Of a DNA stretch of 64,000 bases, positions 20,841 through 30,395 are shown piece by piece. The notes beneath the pieces were generated by a model that did no database searches, was not told where the DNA came from, and saw nothing but the letters and a program-made list of their open reading frames with translations. The stretch is taken from positions 5,045-69,044 of the forward strand of contig DATIKE010000155.1 in the NCBI GenBank assembly GCA_035477895.1, read 5' to 3'. The translations under genes and the position numbers were made by a program. Position 1 is the stretch's first letter; the number at the start of each line of letters is the position of its first letter. The stretch comes from Phycisphaerae bacterium. GTDB lineage: Bacteria > Planctomycetota > Phycisphaerae > UBA1845 > PWPN01.

Positions 20841-21502
20841 CCCGGATGTCCGATCGGCAGCAGGTAAAGAACCTGCCACCCCTTGGGAAGTCGGATCGCG
20901 GCGGCGGCCTTGTCATCCTCAAACGCTCCGACCGGCACGCCGCCGAGATTCAGGGCGGTCGCCTGAAGCAGCACGTTTTGTGCGACGTGGCCGGCCTCCA
21001 TCCAGCAGTACCGTTCGGCACGGTCGCGATACTTGCGGGCGGTTCGCGATACATCCGCCGCCACCACGATGGACGCCGGCGCCTGTCCGACCTGCGACTG
21101 CCCAAGGGCCGCTCGTTGCAGCTCCTTACGCACATCGCCCGCCAGGTGACGCTGCATCGCGTGCTTCTCGGGCACATACCGGTCGACGCCCTCGGCGGTC
21201 ACGACGAACAGCTCGACCGGATACAGTGCGCCGGCCGACGGAGACGCCCGGAAGCCGTGCTCGCGATCGGTGATCCCCTGGCCGGCCCAGCAGAGTTGGC
21301 CGATCTCCTTCGGCCTCAGCGGCTGTTCGCTGAAATGCCTGCACGACCGTCGCAGACGGATCGCGTCTTCGAGGCCCATCGTGCTTTCGGAGGATGGGGC
21401 GGGCAGCGGCACCAACCCGGCTGTCCCCGCCGGCTGTGTCCCCGGCTCGGCCGCAGCCAATGCCAGGACCACACCCAATCCCAACACAATCATCGGTTTC
21501 AT
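20837..21502 (-). CDS. SagB-type / nitroreductase-family protein with an N-terminal signal or anchor
   Basis: Start MKPMIVLGLGVVLALAAA with AAGGAGG upstream. RRSCRHF...SPSAGALYP...CWMEAGHVAQNVLLQATALNLGGVPVGAF is the nitroreductase fold signature. The upstream 138 codons of the track ORF are rejected. Confidence 0.8.
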   Translation of the reverse strand: MKPMIVLGLGVVLALAAAEPGTQPAGTAGLVPLPAPSSESTMGLEDAIRLRRSCRHFSEQPLRPKEIGQLCWAGQGITDREHGFRASPSAGALYPVELFVVTAEGVDRYVPEKHAMQRHLAGDVRKELQRAALGQSQVGQAPASIVVAADVSRTARKYRDRAERYCWMEAGHVAQNVLLQATALNLGGVPVGAFEDDKAAAAIRLPKGWQVLYLLPIGHPG

Positions 21503-21633
21503 GATTTGGCCTCCTTGTCGTTTGCCTCCCATCATGAGTATACCCGAGATCATCGGAAAAGGCGGGGATGGCGGAAGGTCGAAACGGCGTCCCCGGCACG
21601 TTTGCCGGAAACAGACCATCGGGGTTAGCATGC

Positions 21634-21750
21634 GTCCCAAAACACATTTGTGGGACCGGCATCCTGCCGGCCAATTGTTTTGTGGGGCCGGCATCCTGCC
21701 GGTCAATGACGGGCTGCCTGCCTGCCGCAGGCAGGGAAGCCCGTCCCACA
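21634..21750. repeat. Cluster of REP-like palindromes (family 1)
   Basis: Contains gtcccaaaacacatttgtgggac, two copies of ccggcatcctgccgg, and gggctgcctgcctgccgcaggcagggaagccc. It lies in the divergent intergenic region. Confidence 0.6.
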
Positions 21751-21806
21751 CTGTTTCATGGTGCACTCTCATAAAGGACGCCGTTTCCAATAAAGAAGGA
21801 GATCCC

Positions 21807-22772
21807 ATGACCCTTCGCTGGTTTCTGGTATCGCTCTGGCCGCTGCTGGCGCCGTGTGAAGTACCTGCGACGAGCTCGGCTGCCCTGCCCGCTTTCACTC
21901 GCACCGGGGACGTCATTTACGGCAGGAAGTTCGGAACGGCCCTGACCCTGGATGTGTTCACACCAACCGGCCAAACCAACGGCGCGGCCGTCATCTGGGC
22001 GGTCAGCGGCGGGTGGTTCTCCGACCATGAACACATCAACGCCGGCCTGTACGCCGAGTTTCTGGAGCGCGGATACACCGTCTTTGCCGTCGTTCACGGC
22101 AGCCAGCCGAAGTACACGATCCCCGAAGTGCTGGAGGACATGAATCGAGCGGTCCGGTTTATCCGGGCGAACGCCGCCCGCTTCGGCATCGATCGGAACC
22201 GGATCGGCATCTCGGGGGCATCCGCCGGCGGGCATCTGTCACTCATGGTCGGCCTGGCCGGCGCCCCACCCAAGCCGAACAACAAGGACCCGGTCATGCA
22301 CGAGGCCGGCCGGGTACAGGCCGTCGCCTGCTTTTTCCCGCCGACCGACTTTTTGAACTACGGCGAAAGCGGCCGGGACGTTTTCCGCGCCATGCTCGAG
22401 GAGTTGAAACCTTTCCAAGCGCCATTTGACTTTCACGAGATGGATGTTGAGAAAAAGATGTTCGTCCCGATCGCCGACGGGCCGCGCCGCCTCGATATCG
22501 CCCGTCAGATCTCGCCGATCGCGCATGTCTCGCCGGACGATCCGCCCACGCTAATCATCCACGGCGACGCCGACAAGCTGGTGCCGATTCAGCAGTCCGA
22601 GGGCCTGATTGAGAAGCTGAAAGCCGCCGGCGTCACCGCCAGGCTGGTCAGCAAACCCGGCGCGGGGCATGGCTGGCCGGACTTCCGGAACGATATCGCC
22701 CTTTTCGCCGACTGGTTCGATGCGCACCTCGCCAAACCCGCTGCCGCGGGCCTCCAATCGGAGCAACCTTGA
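21807..22772 (+). CDS. Secreted alpha/beta hydrolase (esterase/lipase-like)
   Basis: Start MTLRWFLVSLWPLLAP with AAGGAG upstream. Nucleophile elbow GISGASAGGHLS. ...HGDADKLVP... is the typical catalytic Asp/His region. Confidence 0.8.
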   Translation: MTLRWFLVSLWPLLAPCEVPATSSAALPAFTRTGDVIYGRKFGTALTLDVFTPTGQTNGAAVIWAVSGGWFSDHEHINAGLYAEFLERGYTVFAVVHGSQPKYTIPEVLEDMNRAVRFIRANAARFGIDRNRIGISGASAGGHLSLMVGLAGAPPKPNNKDPVMHEAGRVQAVACFFPPTDFLNYGESGRDVFRAMLEELKPFQAPFDFHEMDVEKKMFVPIADGPRRLDIARQISPIAHVSPDDPPTLIIHGDADKLVPIQQSEGLIEKLKAAGVTARLVSKPGAGHGWPDFRNDIALFADWFDAHLAKPAAAGLQSEQP

Positions 22773-22987
22773 TGGCGGAAGCGGCTCGTAGTCCATGAGC
22801 CTCGACAAAGAACTCACGCATAATCGCCCGGAACGCGCGGAGTGCAGGCTCGTTCGTCTTCTTTGCGTCCTTTGCGCCATGGCAGTTCCTCTCTTCTCGC
22901 TTCATTCTCTTACTCTTTGCACTGCCATGTGGCCGCTCGTATCATCAACCCGCCAACGTTGGACATTCTTCCTCCCCGGAGTCCGGC

Positions 22988-23932
22988 ATGCGGGTGATGT
23001 TTTTCGGCTCAGGCGATTTCGGCGAGCCCGCCCTGCGCTGGCTGGCCAACAGCAAGCACGAGGTCGTGGCTGTCGTGACCCGGCCCGACCGTCCCGCCGG
23101 CCGGGGCAAGCAGCTTCAGCCCACGCCCATCGCCCTGCGGGCGGCCACGGAGACGTTACGGATCATCAAGTGCGACGATGTCAATCGGCCGGCCGCGATA
23201 GACGATTTCAAGAAGTTCGGCGCGGACCTTGCGGTAGTCATTGACTTCGGACAGAAGTTGAAGGAACCGCTCCGCTCGGTCTTTCCCGGCGCGTGCATCA
23301 ATCTGCATGGCTCGCTTCTGCCGAAGTACCGCGGGGCCGCCCCCATCGCCCGGGCAATGCTGGCCGGCGAGGCCAAGACGGGCGTCACCGCCTTTCGACT
23401 CGTGGACCGGATGGACGCCGGCCCGATGCTGGTCAAGCGCGAGACGATGATCGGCCGGTACGAGACGGCGGACGAGCTGCACGGCCGACTGGCGGGCATC
23501 GCCTGCGACGCGCTGGACGCCGCCCTGAAACTGTACGAGAGCGACCCCCTCACACCCGGCGAGCCGCAGAACGAGTCCGAGGCCACCTGCGCCCCTAAAC
23601 TCAGCAGGGCCGACGGCCGACTGGACTTCAACGAATCTGCCGAGGCGATCGGCCGGCGTTGCCGGGCCATGTGGCCGTGGCCCGGCGCGCGTTGCCGATT
23701 CGTCGGCGCCGGCAAGAGCGTCGACGTGACGATCTGCTCTGCCACCGCGAATCCCGCCCCGGCCGCCGATCCTCCCGGCACGATCACGGCCGTTCTGACC
23801 GTGGCGACGGGAGGCGGCACGCTGGAGATTCACAGCCTGCAGCCGGCGGGCAAGCGGGCCATGGGGTGGCAGGATTTCGTGAACGGGCGGCACGTGCAAC
23901 CCGGCGACCGATTCGAGAGTATCGAGCCTTGA
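22988..23932 (+). CDS. fmt: Methionyl-tRNA formyltransferase
   Basis: MRVMFFGSGDFG..., NLHGSLLPKYRGAAPI..., and the C-terminal ...LQPAGKRAM..W.DF.NG. Confidence 0.92.
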   Translation: MRVMFFGSGDFGEPALRWLANSKHEVVAVVTRPDRPAGRGKQLQPTPIALRAATETLRIIKCDDVNRPAAIDDFKKFGADLAVVIDFGQKLKEPLRSVFPGACINLHGSLLPKYRGAAPIARAMLAGEAKTGVTAFRLVDRMDAGPMLVKRETMIGRYETADELHGRLAGIACDALDAALKLYESDPLTPGEPQNESEATCAPKLSRADGRLDFNESAEAIGRRCRAMWPWPGARCRFVGAGKSVDVTICSATANPAPAADPPGTITAVLTVATGGGTLEIHSLQPAGKRAMGWQDFVNGRHVQPGDRFESIEP

Positions 23933-25497
23933 TGCAGTTCATCGTCTTTGCCGCGTTCGCCATCGTGCTCAGCGTGCCCGACAGCGGCCCGCCCTGGCAT
24001 ACCCTGCGGAATCCTCTGGCCACATGGGCGATCATGCTGGGCCAGGTCCCGATGGCCGCCCTGGTGGCGGCACTCTACAGCCGACGGGTCCTGGTCAAGC
24101 TGGAGCGCGAGCCCGCCTGGCTGCCCGGCGCCCAGCGACTGCTCGCCCAGGGCAACGCAGCCATCCGGGGCACGCTGGTCCTCGGCCTGTGCGCCAGCCT
24201 CTACATGACACCCGTCTCCGCAATCGTCCGCCGCTGGCCGATGATGGATCGTTTCTTCGGCCTGGACGAGATGGTCCTGCTGCTGCCGTTTCTCTGCGCG
24301 ATCGTCGTTTCCTGGACGATCCTCTACCCGGCGGACCGGGCGGTGCGGCGGGTTTCGCTCGAACTGCAGCTCTGGGCCTCGGTACCCGCCCATCCGGTCT
24401 GGAGCCTCTGGTCCTACCTCAACTTCATGCTTCGCCAGAACGTACTCATCATCTTCATGCCGATGCTGCCCATCGTGGTCGCCAACGACTTCGTGAACGC
24501 CTATAGCCGCCCGATCCGAGAGTTCACCCGGATTGCCTGGGCCGACCAGGCCGTCCTCGTGATCATCGCCGGCGTCGTTTTCTTTTTCGCGCCGGTGCTC
24601 CTGCGGTACATCTGGCACACACGGCCGCTGCCCGGCGGCGAATTGCGCCACCGACTGGAAGACCTCTGCCGGCGGATCGGCCTGACCTACCGCGAGATAC
24701 TCGTCTGGCAAAGCGACGGGATGGTCGTCAACGCGGCGGTCATGGGTCTGTTCAGGCCGGTCCGCTACATCCTGCTGTCCGACGGCCTGATCGAGATGAT
24801 GGAAGACGAAAAGATCGAGGCGGTCTTCGGCCACGAGGCCGGGCACATCAAATGCCGACACATGCACTACTACCTGCTGTTCGCCATTCTGAGCATGCTC
24901 ATCGTCGGCGGGCTGACCGAGCTGGTCGTCCGGCTCCGGCCCGACCTGATCCAGAACAGCGCGGTCTTTCAGGACTATCTCCAGGTGGGTGCGATGGCCA
25001 GCGTGGTGCTCATCTGGTTGTTCGGCTTCGGGGCGGTCTCCCGCCGCTTCGAGTGGCAGGCCGACCTGTTCGGAGCCCGCAGCGTGACCCCGCCGCCCGA
25101 GGGCTGCAGGCTCCCCTGCTTCCACCACGCGACCGCCGAGATCCGCGGGCCCGATCCACAGCACCCGGTGCCGACCGATCCGGTCTGCGCGACCGGGGCC
25201 GATACTTTCGCGGACGCTTTGACCCGCATCGCGGTGCTGAACGGCATTCCGCTGGAAGCCCGAAGCTGGCGGCACTCGAGCATCGCCAACCGCGTACGGT
25301 TGCTGCGGTCCTATGCTCACGAACCGGTCAAGGCCGCCCAACTCGAACGTTCGGTGCTGGCGATCAAAGCCCTGCTGCTGATCGGCGTGCTGATCGGCCT
25401 GTCCATCGGCCTGAAGCTCTACTGGCCCCGGACGGGACAGCACCACCCGCCCGTGAAACCGCCGCCGGCCATCGAAAGCCCCGCGATTCGGGTCTGA
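23932..25497 (+). CDS. Membrane M48-family zinc metallopeptidase
   Basis: The ATG shares one base with the fmt stop (TGATG). Multiple TM helices. HEAGH zinc motif (FGHEAGHIKCRH). Confidence 0.8.
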   Translation: MQFIVFAAFAIVLSVPDSGPPWHTLRNPLATWAIMLGQVPMAALVAALYSRRVLVKLEREPAWLPGAQRLLAQGNAAIRGTLVLGLCASLYMTPVSAIVRRWPMMDRFFGLDEMVLLLPFLCAIVVSWTILYPADRAVRRVSLELQLWASVPAHPVWSLWSYLNFMLRQNVLIIFMPMLPIVVANDFVNAYSRPIREFTRIAWADQAVLVIIAGVVFFFAPVLLRYIWHTRPLPGGELRHRLEDLCRRIGLTYREILVWQSDGMVVNAAVMGLFRPVRYILLSDGLIEMMEDEKIEAVFGHEAGHIKCRHMHYYLLFAILSMLIVGGLTELVVRLRPDLIQNSAVFQDYLQVGAMASVVLIWLFGFGAVSRRFEWQADLFGARSVTPPPEGCRLPCFHHATAEIRGPDPQHPVPTDPVCATGADTFADALTRIAVLNGIPLEARSWRHSSIANRVRLLRSYAHEPVKAAQLERSVLAIKALLLIGVLIGLSIGLKLYWPRTGQHHPPVKPPPAIESPAIRV

Positions 25498-25534
25498 ATG
25501 TTCATCGAGGCCCGCATCGGCCGTCTTCCCCTGA

Positions 25535-26206
25535 CGAACCTGCGATCATGAGGCGCAAAGCGAGACCGAGGAGAATAATGTCTGGCGGATCGACCCGCCC
25601 TACGGCATCAAGTACGGGTCCAACTTCCAGCCGTTCGTCAATAAACGTGATGTCAAGGACGGTAAGGATGAGGATCTCAGCCAGGAACCGGAGATGATCC
25701 GGGCCTTCCGCGACACATGGGAGCTCGGTATCCATTCGTATCTGGGCTGCCTGCGCGACCGACTGTTGCTGGCCCACGAGCTGCTGCACGAGAGCGGCTC
25801 ATGCTTTGTGCAGATCGGTGACGAGAATCTTCACCATGTCCGGGAACTGATAGACGAGGTATTTGGCGCTCAGAACTTGGTTTCGGTTGTGTCCTTTCGC
25901 ACCAAGATTCCTTTGAATCCCATCTACGTGGCCAACATTGCCGACTACCTCGTCTGGTATGCTCGGGACCGCTCCAAGCTGAAATTCCGGCGTGTGTTCA
26001 CTACCCGCCAAATTGGCAGCGATACGCAGTTTCAGTATGTAGAACTCCTAGACGGGTCGCGAAGGAAGATGACCCACGAAGAAAGAACCGATACGCGATT
26101 GCTTCCATCCGGGTCAAGGGCATATCGAATAACCGATCTGTTAGCGTCGGGACACACGGACTCAGCTCCTTCTGCACGACTTCGGACGGTATGCGACCAC
26201 GGATGA
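25535..26206 (+). pseudogene. Fragment of a DPPY (N6/N4, type III Mod-like) DNA methyltransferase
   Basis: The frame opens after an in-frame TGA (25532-25534) with no start codon. It reads ...NNVWRIDPPYGIKYGSNFQPF...MIRAFRDTWELGIHSYL...SCFVQIGDENLHHVRELIDEVFG.... The C-terminal AdoMet motif I region is missing. Confidence 0.7.
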
Positions 26207-26423
26207 ACACCGCCTGATTGCCCACTTCAATCGACGGACGACGAGCTTTAAGTTCGAGACCCTCCGCGCGATTCTCAACCGGGGCATCCGCAAAAAGTAT
26301 GGTCGTAAGGTGGATGTGGTACGGAGCATCGAAGCGGTGGACTCCAAGGACAGCGATGTGCTCCAGGTCGCCGATGTTCTCATGGGGGCCATCGGCTACC
26401 ACTGGAACGATTGCCACCTGTGA
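26133..26423 (+). pseudogene. DUF3800-like fragment
   Basis: Translation is ...EHRLIAHFNRRTTSFKFETLRAI...VDSKDSDVLQVADVLMGAIGYHWN. The xxSxDSxxLQxADxLxGAI pattern is recalled from DUF3800. It has no start, ends at TGA 26421-26423, and appears to continue in another frame (KIALADYLAEK). Confidence 0.45.
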
Positions 26424-26450
26424 CCAGGAGCCCGGCAGGCCAAGATCGCC

Positions 26451-26636
26451 TTGGCCGACTACCTCGCGGAAAAAGTGAAGGGGCAGGACAGTCAACAGGA
26501 CAAGACGAAGCGCGAGTTCCTGGCCGAGTGGGTCAAAGCTGTGAATTCCCATGGTGGGTTCGGACGATGGGCCTGGGATGTATCACTCACTCCAAAAATG
26601 ATCAATGACATTCTTTCGCGGCACGCCGGTCCCTGA
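26451..26636 (+). pseudogene. Orphan C-terminal tail resembling type III restriction/helicase (Res) proteins
   Basis: KREFLAEWVKAVNSHGGFGRWAWDV resembles the conserved W..AVN..G.fGrW tail that I recall from Res-subunit-like helicases. No helicase core is present. Confidence 0.4.
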
Positions 26637-27942
26637 GACGAGGAATCTCAGGCTCCTGCCTGATTACCTCGTCCCGGCGATAATCGAAACCTGCGGTTCC
26701 CAAAGGCCAGGTTGCCCATACCATCGTCGCCAGCGCAAGCCAGCAGTGCAGTCCGGCCAGCCGCAGCACGGTCAGGCCCAGCAGCGGAATCGCCAGCAGC
26801 CACAGGGCGAACAGAACCTCGCTCCAGCCGACTCGATGCTTCTCCCGGCGTCGCCGCCAGACGTCGGCGGACAACACCGCCATCGCGGGCAGCAGCAGCA
26901 CGAAATAGTGCGTCCAGTAGATCGGCACGAACGCCACAACACCCGCCAGCCACGCGCCGTATGACCGGAAGTCGCCGGCAGGAGTCGCACCCTTGCGGCG
27001 AGCCCAGGTCGCGATCAACAGAAATCCGAGAACCGCGCCGGCGGACAGGTAGTACAGGCCGCGGGACTGACCGATGGTGAGTCGAAGCAAATGAACAGGC
27101 CGATCTTTTCTACCCGTCGATCCCGGGTCCGTCGTCAGCCGGCGCACCACCGCGGCCAGACTCTGGTTGTTGTGGCGGTGAAACTGGTTCCGCTGTTGCC
27201 AGAACAGCAGGTGGCCGAGCCGATCCCCGCCCGCCAGTTCCTCGGGTGTCTGGTACTTCCGCCCGCGGACCTCGGCCAGCCACAGCCGATGGGCGGCCTT
27301 GCTGCCTTCCCAGCCGAAACCCGCCGCACTCAGCCCGCCGGTCAGCAACACAAACGCGATGGCCGCCGACGCGAACGCCCGCCATCGGCCGCGAGCAAGC
27401 CAGAAAAGCACCAGAAGCAGCGGATAGATCTTGATGACACCGGCCAGCGCGATCAATGCACCGGCCGTCATGTCACGCCGGCTTTCCCAGCATCGGCTGA
27501 ACGCCAGCACACCCAGGCAGAGCACCGGCAGGTTCACCTGCCCCAGTCCCAGCGTGCTGTGCAGGTAGGGCAGTACCAGCACGATCGGCCAGACCCGGCG
27601 GACAGAGAACGGCAGCGGATCGCGATCGCTCCGGGCAAGCACCCGCCCGCATTCGCGGACGGTCACCAGCAGCAGCGCGATGTTCAGCACCGTCCACAGC
27701 GGCGCGACGAGCTTCAGCGGCCAGGCCACCAGCGGGGCGACCAGAATCACGAAGGCTGGCAGGTAGTGGCGAACCCCTTCTCCCTGTGTGAACTCGCCGG
27801 TTTGCCACCAGTGCAGACCGGTCCGATGAAAGTCGATCAGATCGGAATCGTCGATGTGCACCCGATATGAGGCCCAGGCGACGTAGAAGGCCGCCAGTCC
27901 CAGCCCGACGCAGACCCAGACTGTGTGCCCGCGTCGATGCAT
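26602..27942 (-). CDS. Polytopic membrane glycosyltransferase-like protein (GT87/DUF2029-like)
   Basis: Roughly 10 or more predicted TM helices throughout. The likely start is MHRRGHTVWVCVGLGLAAF at 27942, preceded by GAAGGGCGGG. The family assignment is tentative. Confidence 0.5.
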   Translation of the reverse strand: MHRRGHTVWVCVGLGLAAFYVAWASYRVHIDDSDLIDFHRTGLHWWQTGEFTQGEGVRHYLPAFVILVAPLVAWPLKLVAPLWTVLNIALLLVTVRECGRVLARSDRDPLPFSVRRVWPIVLVLPYLHSTLGLGQVNLPVLCLGVLAFSRCWESRRDMTAGALIALAGVIKIYPLLLVLFWLARGRWRAFASAAIAFVLLTGGLSAAGFGWEGSKAAHRLWLAEVRGRKYQTPEELAGGDRLGHLLFWQQRNQFHRHNNQSLAAVVRRLTTDPGSTGRKDRPVHLLRLTIGQSRGLYYLSAGAVLGFLLIATWARRKGATPAGDFRSYGAWLAGVVAFVPIYWTHYFVLLLPAMAVLSADVWRRRREKHRVGWSEVLFALWLLAIPLLGLTVLRLAGLHCWLALATMVWATWPLGTAGFDYRRDEVIRQEPEIPRLRDRRAAKECH

Positions 27943-27953
27943 GGTCCCGCCCT

Positions 27954-29048
27954 TCACGCGGCGCCTTTGGTCGCCGCGGCGGCTTGTCGCCACTGACCCA
28001 TGGCCAGCCGACGCAGCCAGACGTTCCTGCTATACACGTACCGGGTCAGCAGGATCGGGCCGATCAGCCCGATCGCCACGCCTGACGCCAGCAGCACCGG
28101 CCGCCACGCATCCGCCATCCACGGCAACACCGCCACCAGCCCGTGCCGGACAACGATCCGAGTCGCCGCCTGCATCACCCCGCCGTTGAGGTAGATCTCG
28201 TACGAATAGTCCGCCAGGCACTTGACAACACCCGCGACTTGCCCACCGACGACCGCAAGCTGAATCGCCAGCGTCCAACTGACCGCGATTCCCGCGAGAG
28301 CGTAAATCACTCCCAGAAACCACATTTTCGGCAGGTGCTCCCAGGCCGGCAGCAGGGCGGAAAAATAGATCAGGCCGCCGGCCAGAATGATATGCCGACC
28401 GCGAAGCAGCCGCTGCTGGATGGCATCCCCCCGCTGCCCGGCCATGAACCCGAGAAAGAAATACACCGCGTAGCGAGTGACAAAACTCCACCCCAGAAGC
28501 GAGTTCAGAGGCGTGCCCACCGAGAAGTAGCTGGCCGCAGCCAGGAGTAATAGCACAAACAACGCCGTCGTCGGCCTGCGGTAGTCCGGCCTCAGCACCA
28601 CACTGACACACAGGAAGAGCATCTGGACCAGAAACAGCGAGTAGATGAACCACAGCAGCAGCAGCGGGTTCTGCTGCGGATAAAGCAGGATATCGGTCAG
28701 CAGCCGACCCCAGTTCAGCGGCCGATACACCATCGACGACGGAACACCCACCTTCAGGAGGATGCCCAGCAGACTGTAGAAGAAGTAAACCAGCAGCAAT
28801 CTCTTGAGCTGGTTGACGACGATCCGGCCGGCACTCCCGCGGCTCACGAAGAAGAACTTGCTCCCGAAAAAACCGGAGAGAAAAAAGAACGTGTGCATGT
28901 GAAAGGCGTGGATGACGCTGTTGACGGTTTCCAATCGCGACCCGGAGTTGTCGTAGGCCGGTGTGATCGCGTGCCCCAGGATGACGAGCACGATGACGAT
29001 GCCGCGAAGCAGGTGCAGAGACGGATTGAAGCCGGCGTTGTCGGGCAT
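27954..29048 (-). CDS. Acyltransferase family 3 membrane protein
   Basis: The N-terminus LHLLRGIVIVLVILGHAI plus about 10 TM helices is the typical acyltransferase_3 pattern. Confidence 0.8.
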   Translation of the reverse strand: MPDNAGFNPSLHLLRGIVIVLVILGHAITPAYDNSGSRLETVNSVIHAFHMHTFFFLSGFFGSKFFFVSRGSAGRIVVNQLKRLLLVYFFYSLLGILLKVGVPSSMVYRPLNWGRLLTDILLYPQQNPLLLLWFIYSLFLVQMLFLCVSVVLRPDYRRPTTALFVLLLLAAASYFSVGTPLNSLLGWSFVTRYAVYFFLGFMAGQRGDAIQQRLLRGRHIILAGGLIYFSALLPAWEHLPKMWFLGVIYALAGIAVSWTLAIQLAVVGGQVAGVVKCLADYSYEIYLNGGVMQAATRIVVRHGLVAVLPWMADAWRPVLLASGVAIGLIGPILLTRYVYSRNVWLRRLAMGQWRQAAAATKGAA

Positions 29049-29312
29049 GGTCGCTACTTCGAGTGCAAAGATGAACTCCAGACCATTCGATCCGTGTCAG
29101 GCGCGAGTGGATCTTACCGCTTGTCGGGCATCGTAGATACGGGTGAGGGGCTGGCGACCTTCCAGAGATCGCCATCAACCTTGACGTCGACAGCCTGGGC
29201 GGGACGCGGCCGGTCAATGCCCGAGAGCGTAAGTCCATAGGCTCGGACCTCAGTGGAATCGCAACCAAGGCAACCGGTCCCCGCTCTCCACGTCGGACGA
29301 TTGGCGCCAATC

Positions 29313-30236
29313 TTACAGATCGCCGTTCTCCCGTGCCCAGGCGATGCCCTTGGGGATGCCGGCGGTCAGGGTGGTCCGGGGCTCGTAGCCCAGCAGTTGG
29401 CGGGCCTTGGAGATGTCGGCCACGTAGCGGGTCACTTCGCCGGGGCGGGCCGGTTCGTACCGGGCATTCGGCGTCTTGCCCAGAGCCAGGGCGATGATGT
29501 TCACCGCGTCGACCAGCGTGCGGCCCTCGCCGGCGGCCAGGTTGATCGTCTGGTTGGCCACCTTCCCCGACACCAGCTTGTCGATCCCCAGCGTGATGCC
29601 CGCCACGCAGTCGTCCACGTAAGTGAAATCGAGAACCTTTTCCTTCCCGAACACGACGATCGGTTCACCCTTCTCGATCTTGAACGTGAACAGCGGCAGC
29701 ACACGCTCCAGGCGCTGGATGTCGTTGTCGTAGCGGCCATAGACGTTACTGAAGCGGAACACCAGGTACGGCAGGCCGTAGCACTCGGCATACGAGTAGA
29801 TGAACGCCTCGCCGGCGATCTTGCTGGCCGAGTACGGGCTTTCGGCCACGACGAAGTCCGCCGCCGACTCCTCGGTCACGTGCCGATGAATATCGCCATA
29901 CACCTCGCGCGAGCTGCCGAAGATGAACGGGATGCGGTGCAGCCGGGCATACTCCAGGGCCGCGAAGCACATGGTGATGTTCTCGAGCGCCCGCGAGGGA
30001 TTCTCCACCAGCTCGAAAACCTTGGCGTGGGCCGCCAGGTGGATCACGATATCGAAAGGTCCCGCGGGCAGATCGGCCGGCTTGGCCGTGCGAAGGTCCA
30101 GCAGTTGCGTGTCGACCTTGTCCGTCCAGGTGTTCGCCCGATTGTCGATGCCCACCACCTGGTCGCCCCGGGCCAGCAGGCCCAACCCCAGGTTTGTCCC
30201 GATCTGTCCGCTCGAACCGGTAATCAGCACTCTCAT
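29313..30236 (-). CDS. NAD-dependent epimerase/dehydratase
   Basis: Internal start MRVLITGSSGQIGTNLG (GxxGxxG) with GGAAGGTG upstream. YSASK catalytic motif. The upstream 52 codons of the track ORF are rejected. Confidence 0.88.
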   Translation of the reverse strand: MRVLITGSSGQIGTNLGLGLLARGDQVVGIDNRANTWTDKVDTQLLDLRTAKPADLPAGPFDIVIHLAAHAKVFELVENPSRALENITMCFAALEYARLHRIPFIFGSSREVYGDIHRHVTEESAADFVVAESPYSASKIAGEAFIYSYAECYGLPYLVFRFSNVYGRYDNDIQRLERVLPLFTFKIEKGEPIVVFGKEKVLDFTYVDDCVAGITLGIDKLVSGKVANQTINLAAGEGRTLVDAVNIIALALGKTPNARYEPARPGEVTRYVADISKARQLLGYEPRTTLTAGIPKGIAWARENGDL

Positions 30237-30395
30237 GTCTTCGTCACCTTCCGGAACCGGATTGTCATGCCGCCGGGCGGTTTGAGCCCGGCCTGCGGCC
30301 GGGGCCGACCCCGGCGTTAAGGGGCAAAGTATAACGTGCTTTTCGCTGACCGACCACACCGCAGGGCGGCTGCCTTCACCGGTCTCGTGCAACGG

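Noticed and set aside
22800-22910. 85-aa minus ORF MKREERNCHGAKDAKKTNE...
   Set aside because: It looks like the translation of a short dispersed repeat (the ...GCAAAGGACGCAAAGAAGACGAACGAG... type) in intergenic DNA upstream of fmt rather than a gene.
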